Part shown: in pieces, positions 60,590 to 64,000 of the stretch
Layout: every line of letters starts with the position of its first letter
Numbering within the stretch: position 1 is the stretch's first letter
Source of the DNA: Candidatus Iainarchaeum sp.
GTDB lineage: Archaea; B1Sed10-29; WALL01
Direction of reading: 5' to 3'
Assembly: GCA_021162685.1 (NCBI GenBank)
Contig: JAGGYF010000021.1
Coordinates: 11,976 to 75,975, forward strand
DNA: 64,000 nt
The notes under the pieces: model-generated
What the model was told of the DNA's origin: nothing
Databases searched by the model: none
Seen by the model: the letters and a program-made list of their open reading frames with translations, nothing else
Program-made: the position numbers and the translations under genes

Positions 60590-62024
60590 TTTCTATTCTC
60601 TTCCATCTCACACCATAGGGAGTATCATCCAGTTGTATGCCTCTCTTTCTCAATTCTTCCCTTATTTTGTCTGCCTCTTCGTATTTCTTTTGTCTGCGTA
60701 GTTCCTCCCTTTTCTGTATGAGCTGCATGAGTTCTGGCTCAAGTTTCACTACCTCCTTTCCTTCGCCTCTTTCAAAGAGACCAAATGTGTGTAGTAGCAA
60801 TTCAAAGGTTTCCCTTGCCTTTTCCAAAACCTTTCTGTTATTTGCCTTTGCGATGTACTTATTGATGTCTGATGCTAACTCATGGATGACACGCAAAGCC
60901 TTTGGAGTATCAAAATCATCATCCATCGCTTGCTCAAATTCTTTTTTATGGTTTTCTAACTTTTTGAGTAATTCTTTGTCCTGTTCAAATGTTTCGTCTG
61001 TTGCTCTCTCAAGTGTGAAGTACAAATTCTCCAGTGTATTTTTTAACTTTCTCGCACCATTCCTTGCATTTTCCATTGCTTTTTCAGTATAGTTCAATTT
61101 GTCTCTGTAATGTGTTGATAAAAATAAATAGCGTATCTCATTGTAGTTGTATTTTTTTAGAAGGTCTGTTAGTGTAAAATAATTCCCTTTGCTCTTGCTC
61201 ATCTTGGCACCATTTACTAAGAGATGCTCACCATGTAACCAATAATTCACAAATTTCTTTCCTGTTGCTGCCTCTGACTGTGCTATCTCATTCTCGTGGT
61301 GAGGAAAAAGCAAGTCAATACCTCCTGTGTGGATATCAAATGTCTCTCCAAGGTACTTCATACTCATTGTAGAACATTCTATGTGCCACCCTGGCCTTCC
61401 TTTGCCCCATGGGCTTTCAAAATATATGCCTCTCTCTATCTCCTCCTGTGTACTGCGTTTCCACAGGGCAAAATCTGCTGGTTCATCTTTCTCATATTCG
61501 TCAACATCTACAGTGTGCCCTATGTCTAACCTAGACAAATCAACTTGCGAGAGCTTTCCATAGTCCTTAAATTTTCTTATACTGTAGTACACAGAACCAT
61601 TTACCACATATGCATATCCTTTCTCAATCAATTTTTCTATGAGCTTGATCATGTCTGGGATATGTTCGGTTGCTTTTGGGTATATTGTCGCCCTTTTTAT
61701 GTTTAGAGCACCTATGCCATCCAAAAAAACCTTTGTATACTTCTCAGTAAACTCTTTTAGTGTCATGCCTGCCTTCCCAGAATCCCTTATTGTTTTATCA
61801 TCTATGTCAGTGATATTCATCACATACTTTACTTCGTATCCTTTGTACTCTAAATAGCGCCTTATCATGTCTCCCATAAAGAAGCTTCGGTAATTCCCTA
61901 TGTGTGGAAGATCGTAAACAGTAGGTCCACATGTATACATGTGCACCTTTCCAGGATGAATCGGTTTAAACTCCTGTTTTTCTCTGCCGAGTGAGTTAAA
62001 GACCTTTAATGTCATAAGAATCAC
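60582..62024 (-). CDS. cysS: cysteinyl-tRNA synthetase
   Basis: HIGNYRS (HIGH) and KMSKS motifs; true start may be MTLKVFNSL at 62015. Confidence 0.9.
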   Translation of the reverse strand: MILMTLKVFNSLGREKQEFKPIHPGKVHMYTCGPTVYDLPHIGNYRSFFMGDMIRRYLEYKGYEVKYVMNITDIDDKTIRDSGKAGMTLKEFTEKYTKVFLDGIGALNIKRATIYPKATEHIPDMIKLIEKLIEKGYAYVVNGSVYYSIRKFKDYGKLSQVDLSRLDIGHTVDVDEYEKDEPADFALWKRSTQEEIERGIYFESPWGKGRPGWHIECSTMSMKYLGETFDIHTGGIDLLFPHHENEIAQSEAATGKKFVNYWLHGEHLLVNGAKMSKSKGNYFTLTDLLKKYNYNEIRYLFLSTHYRDKLNYTEKAMENARNGARKLKNTLENLYFTLERATDETFEQDKELLKKLENHKKEFEQAMDDDFDTPKALRVIHELASDINKYIAKANNRKVLEKARETFELLLHTFGLFERGEGKEVVKLEPELMQLIQKREELRRQKKYEEADKIREELRKRGIQLDDTPYGVRWKRIETN

Positions 62025-62675
62025 TTATTTTTGATTCTGGATTATAAACGACTTCAATCTTTCCCTCTTACTATGAATCTCAATCATAGGTAATACGTAT
62101 TTTCGGATATACAGTATATTCTTTTTTGAAACATAAAAGGATAGCAGGTACCATCCAGATTGCCTGCTTGATTTCTCTACCCTGTTTATCCTGACAGTAC
62201 ATTTTAGTTTCCCCTCTATAGCTGTTTTCAGATTGTATTGTGGTTCTTCACTTGATATGCTTATTTCACATTGTGGGTATTCTGGCCTTTTTAATTTTAT
62301 ATGGCCATCCCCATCTATCACGCCCGCAAGATAAGCCCCAAATAGTCTCTTCCCACCAACTATCCAAGAAGGGGGGGAAGGTGGACCCCTAAATGATACA
62401 TCTAATTGCTCAAAAAAAGGGAGTAGTGTATTTATTGATGTTTGAAATCCGTAATAACCGCGAGAATTATGGAAAATAGTTACTTTTCTATGAAATATAT
62501 CTGTAAATATCTTTACTGTTCTCTTGAGCATAGGAAGCGATTTACGTGAAACAACTAAACTGATTCTCCAAACATCCCATTCTCTTGGCTTTTTATTATG
62601 GTATAAAGAGATGCTGCCGTCTGTTTGCATTACTCCTATGAAGTAAGAGAGGGCAATCTTTTGAGAGAAAGATAG
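62025..62675 (-). CDS. free-standing double-motif LAGLIDADG homing endonuclease; no credible ATG start downstream of tRNA-Cys
   Basis: Motifs LSYFIGVMQTDGS and YLAGVIDGDGH. The ORF runs to 62798, but its first 41 codons overlap tRNA-Cys and its promoter. Stop abuts the cysS start. Confidence 0.6.
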   Translation of the reverse strand, partial: LSFSQKIALSYFIGVMQTDGSISLYHNKKPREWDVWRISLVVSRKSLPMLKRTVKIFTDIFHRKVTIFHNSRGYYGFQTSINTLLPFFEQLDVSFRGPPSPPSWIVGGKRLFGAYLAGVIDGDGHIKLKRPEYPQCEISISSEEPQYNLKTAIEGKLKCTVRINRVEKSSRQSGWYLLSFYVSKKNILYIRKYVLPMIEIHSKRERLKSFIIQNQK

Positions 62676-62777
62676 AGCGGAGGTCGGGATTTGAATTCTC
62701 GGCCTCACTCCATAGGGAGGGAGGCTCCCGAGTCTCCCGGTCTGCAGCCGGGTGCATAGCCGCTCTGCCACCTCCGC
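62676..62777 (-). tRNA. tRNA-Cys(GCA) with a 31-nt non-canonical intron between positions 53 and 54 (intron 62696-62726)
   Basis: Hand-folded. Acceptor GCGGAGG/CCUCCGC, U73 discriminator, anticodon stem CCCGG/CCGGG with loop CUGCAGA, T-stem UCGGG/CCCGA with T-loop UUCAAAU interrupted by AGCCUCCCUCCCUAUGGAGUGAGGCCGAGAA. Upstream TTTATAAAA TATA at about -32. Confidence 0.7.
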
Positions 62778-62807
62778 ACTACCATACATATTTATCACAT
62801 TTATCTT

Positions 62808-63719
62808 TTATAAATTACTATTCCGATCATATTTACTGAATAGTTTAGTACTTAAATATTTCTCCCCACCATCTGGCAGCAAAACAACCATTAAGCCACT
62901 GTCAAGTTTCTTTGCATACTCCAAAGCAATATGCATCGCTGCACCAGAACTCATGCCAACAAACATGCCTTCGTACTTAGCAAGTTTTCTCGCCATCTCT
63001 ATTGCATCACTATCGTGAACATTAATCTTATCGTCAATTGCTTTTGGATCATATATGTCTGGATTTATCTGCTCATCCATATTCTTTAATCCCTGGATGC
63101 TGTGCTTTGGGTATGGTTCAACTGCTATAATCTTAATATTAGGATTTAATTCCTTCAAACGCTTTGAGACACCCATTAGCGTACCTGTTGTGCCCATGCC
63201 TGCAACAAAGTGGGTAATTTTTCCTTGTGTATCCCTCCATATCTCCTCTGCTGTTGTTTTGTAGTGAGCCAGTACATTTGCCCTATTCTTAAACTGGTCA
63301 GGCATAAAGTATCTCGGGTCTTTTGCTAACTCCCTTGCTCTCAAAATTGCTCCATCCATTCCCTCTTCTGCTGGTGTAAGTATAATGTCTGCTCCAAATG
63401 CTTTTAGGATTCTTCTCCTTTCTATGCTCATGCTCTCTGGCATAACGATGGTTACTTTGTATCCCTTGACAGCGCCAGCAAATGCTAAACCAATCCCTGT
63501 GTTCCCAGAAGATGGCTCAATAATGATTTTGTCCTTTGTTAATGTTCCTTCTCTCTCTGCTTCTTCTATCATATAAAGTGCAATTCTCTCCTTCACTGAA
63601 CCTAGTGGGTTGAAACGCTCTAATTTAGCATATACTTCCACATCTGGATTTTGATTGAGTTTATTTATCTTTACAAGGGGGGTATTTCCAACCAATTCAA
63701 GCATGTTATTATACAACAT
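62808..63719 (-). CDS. cysK: cysteine synthase (O-acetylserine sulfhydrylase, CysK/CysM family)
   Basis: PLP lysine in NPLGSVKERIAL, SSGNTG loop; start placed at the second ATG (MLYNNMLELVGNTPLV) preceded by GGAGGAAG. Confidence 0.85.
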   Translation of the reverse strand: MLYNNMLELVGNTPLVKINKLNQNPDVEVYAKLERFNPLGSVKERIALYMIEEAEREGTLTKDKIIIEPSSGNTGIGLAFAGAVKGYKVTIVMPESMSIERRRILKAFGADIILTPAEEGMDGAILRARELAKDPRYFMPDQFKNRANVLAHYKTTAEEIWRDTQGKITHFVAGMGTTGTLMGVSKRLKELNPNIKIIAVEPYPKHSIQGLKNMDEQINPDIYDPKAIDDKINVHDSDAIEMARKLAKYEGMFVGMSSGAAMHIALEYAKKLDSGLMVVLLPDGGEKYLSTKLFSKYDRNSNL

Positions 63720-63796
63720 CTTCTCTTCCTCCTGGGCCTGTCTCAATAGGCCCAAGAAAAGCAGAATTGGTGCACCTAGGCCCTTTGGATGCGCCC

Positions 63797-63858
63797 CGCC
63801 ATGGACCTATTGAGAAATAGGTTGATGCCTTCTCAGCAACAACAACAGAGGTCCATGG
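63797..63858 (-). promoter_or_regulatory. two-tier stem-loop in the cysK 5' leader (10-bp outer stem CCATGGACCT/AGGTCCATGG, inner TGAGAA/TTCTCA)
   Basis: Perfect 10-nt inverted repeat separated by 42 nt containing a second 6-bp inverted repeat; lies between the predicted TATA (~63891) and the cysK start. Confidence 0.35.
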
Positions 63859-63898
63859 TATTCATTGGTGTTATTGTTGTGTGAGGAGGTATATAAAC

Positions 63899-63911
63899 CT
63901 AACGGCGTTAA
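63899..63911. promoter_or_regulatory. third copy of palindrome (CTAACGGCGTTAA) between two TATA-like boxes upstream of cysK
   Basis: Same motif and same TATA-flanked architecture as at 59854-59905. Confidence 0.4.
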
Positions 63912-64000
63912 TGTATAAGGATTTTAAATAACCAATGAGAAATAGCTTTGTCCCGGATTTCGGGAGCAGGTGCTGGTATGAAATGGAATACAAGGGATAT

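Noticed and set aside
62676-62798. N-terminal 41 codons of the homing-endonuclease ORF (MINMYGSAEV...)
   Set aside because: They coincide with the tRNA-Cys gene and its TATA box on the same strand; the ATG lies inside the promoter, so this part is not accepted as coding.
1-64000. rRNA genes, transposases/IS elements, integrases, restriction-modification or Cas genes
   Set aside because: Looked for hallmark motifs and GC-rich long RNA islands; none found apart from the SRP RNA and the two tRNAs.

Overview
AT-rich archaeal chromosomal segment; GC-rich islands mark structural RNA genes, and non-AUG starts, leaderless TATA promoters and an A1Ao ATP synthase operon are present. Coding density is high and mostly housekeeping. 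Recognised housekeeping genes are: FtsZ, Alba, AspRS, a thermosome subunit, enolase, bacterial-type iPGM, pyruvoyl-dependent arginine decarboxylase, NadE, the ATP synthase operon ahaH-I-K-E-C-F-A-B-D, an fbp (FBP aldolase/phosphatase)-gap-pgk gluconeogenic operon, an aminotransferase, a sufS-tusA-iscU-iscS sulfur-mobilisation operon, CysRS and cysteine synthase. Three RNA genes missed by ORF calling were found by eye: an SRP (7S) RNA (13400-13670), tRNA-His(GUG) with a canonical 58-nt intron (54204-54335, minus) and tRNA-Cys(GCA) with a 31-nt non-canonical intron in the T-arm (62676-62777, minus). Accessory features: a convergent AbiEii/AbiEi-like toxin-antitoxin pair next to a ~1 kb repeat-bearing non-coding region; two COG1373 (DUF4143) ATPases; an archaeal pentameric ligand-gated ion channel homolog; three tandem paralogous membrane-anchored proteins; a LAGLIDADG intein in motif I of DNA ligase; a free-standing LAGLIDADG endonuclease wedged between tRNA-Cys and cysS; a four-hairpin A-ATPase proteolipid; a NUDIX pseudogene; and a recurring palindrome TTAACGNCGTTAA in the promoters of the cysteine/Fe-S genes, next to a small HTH/Cys4 regulator. 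That palindrome plus regulator is the best candidate for an undescribed regulatory system. No CRISPR array, rRNA or transposase was seen.
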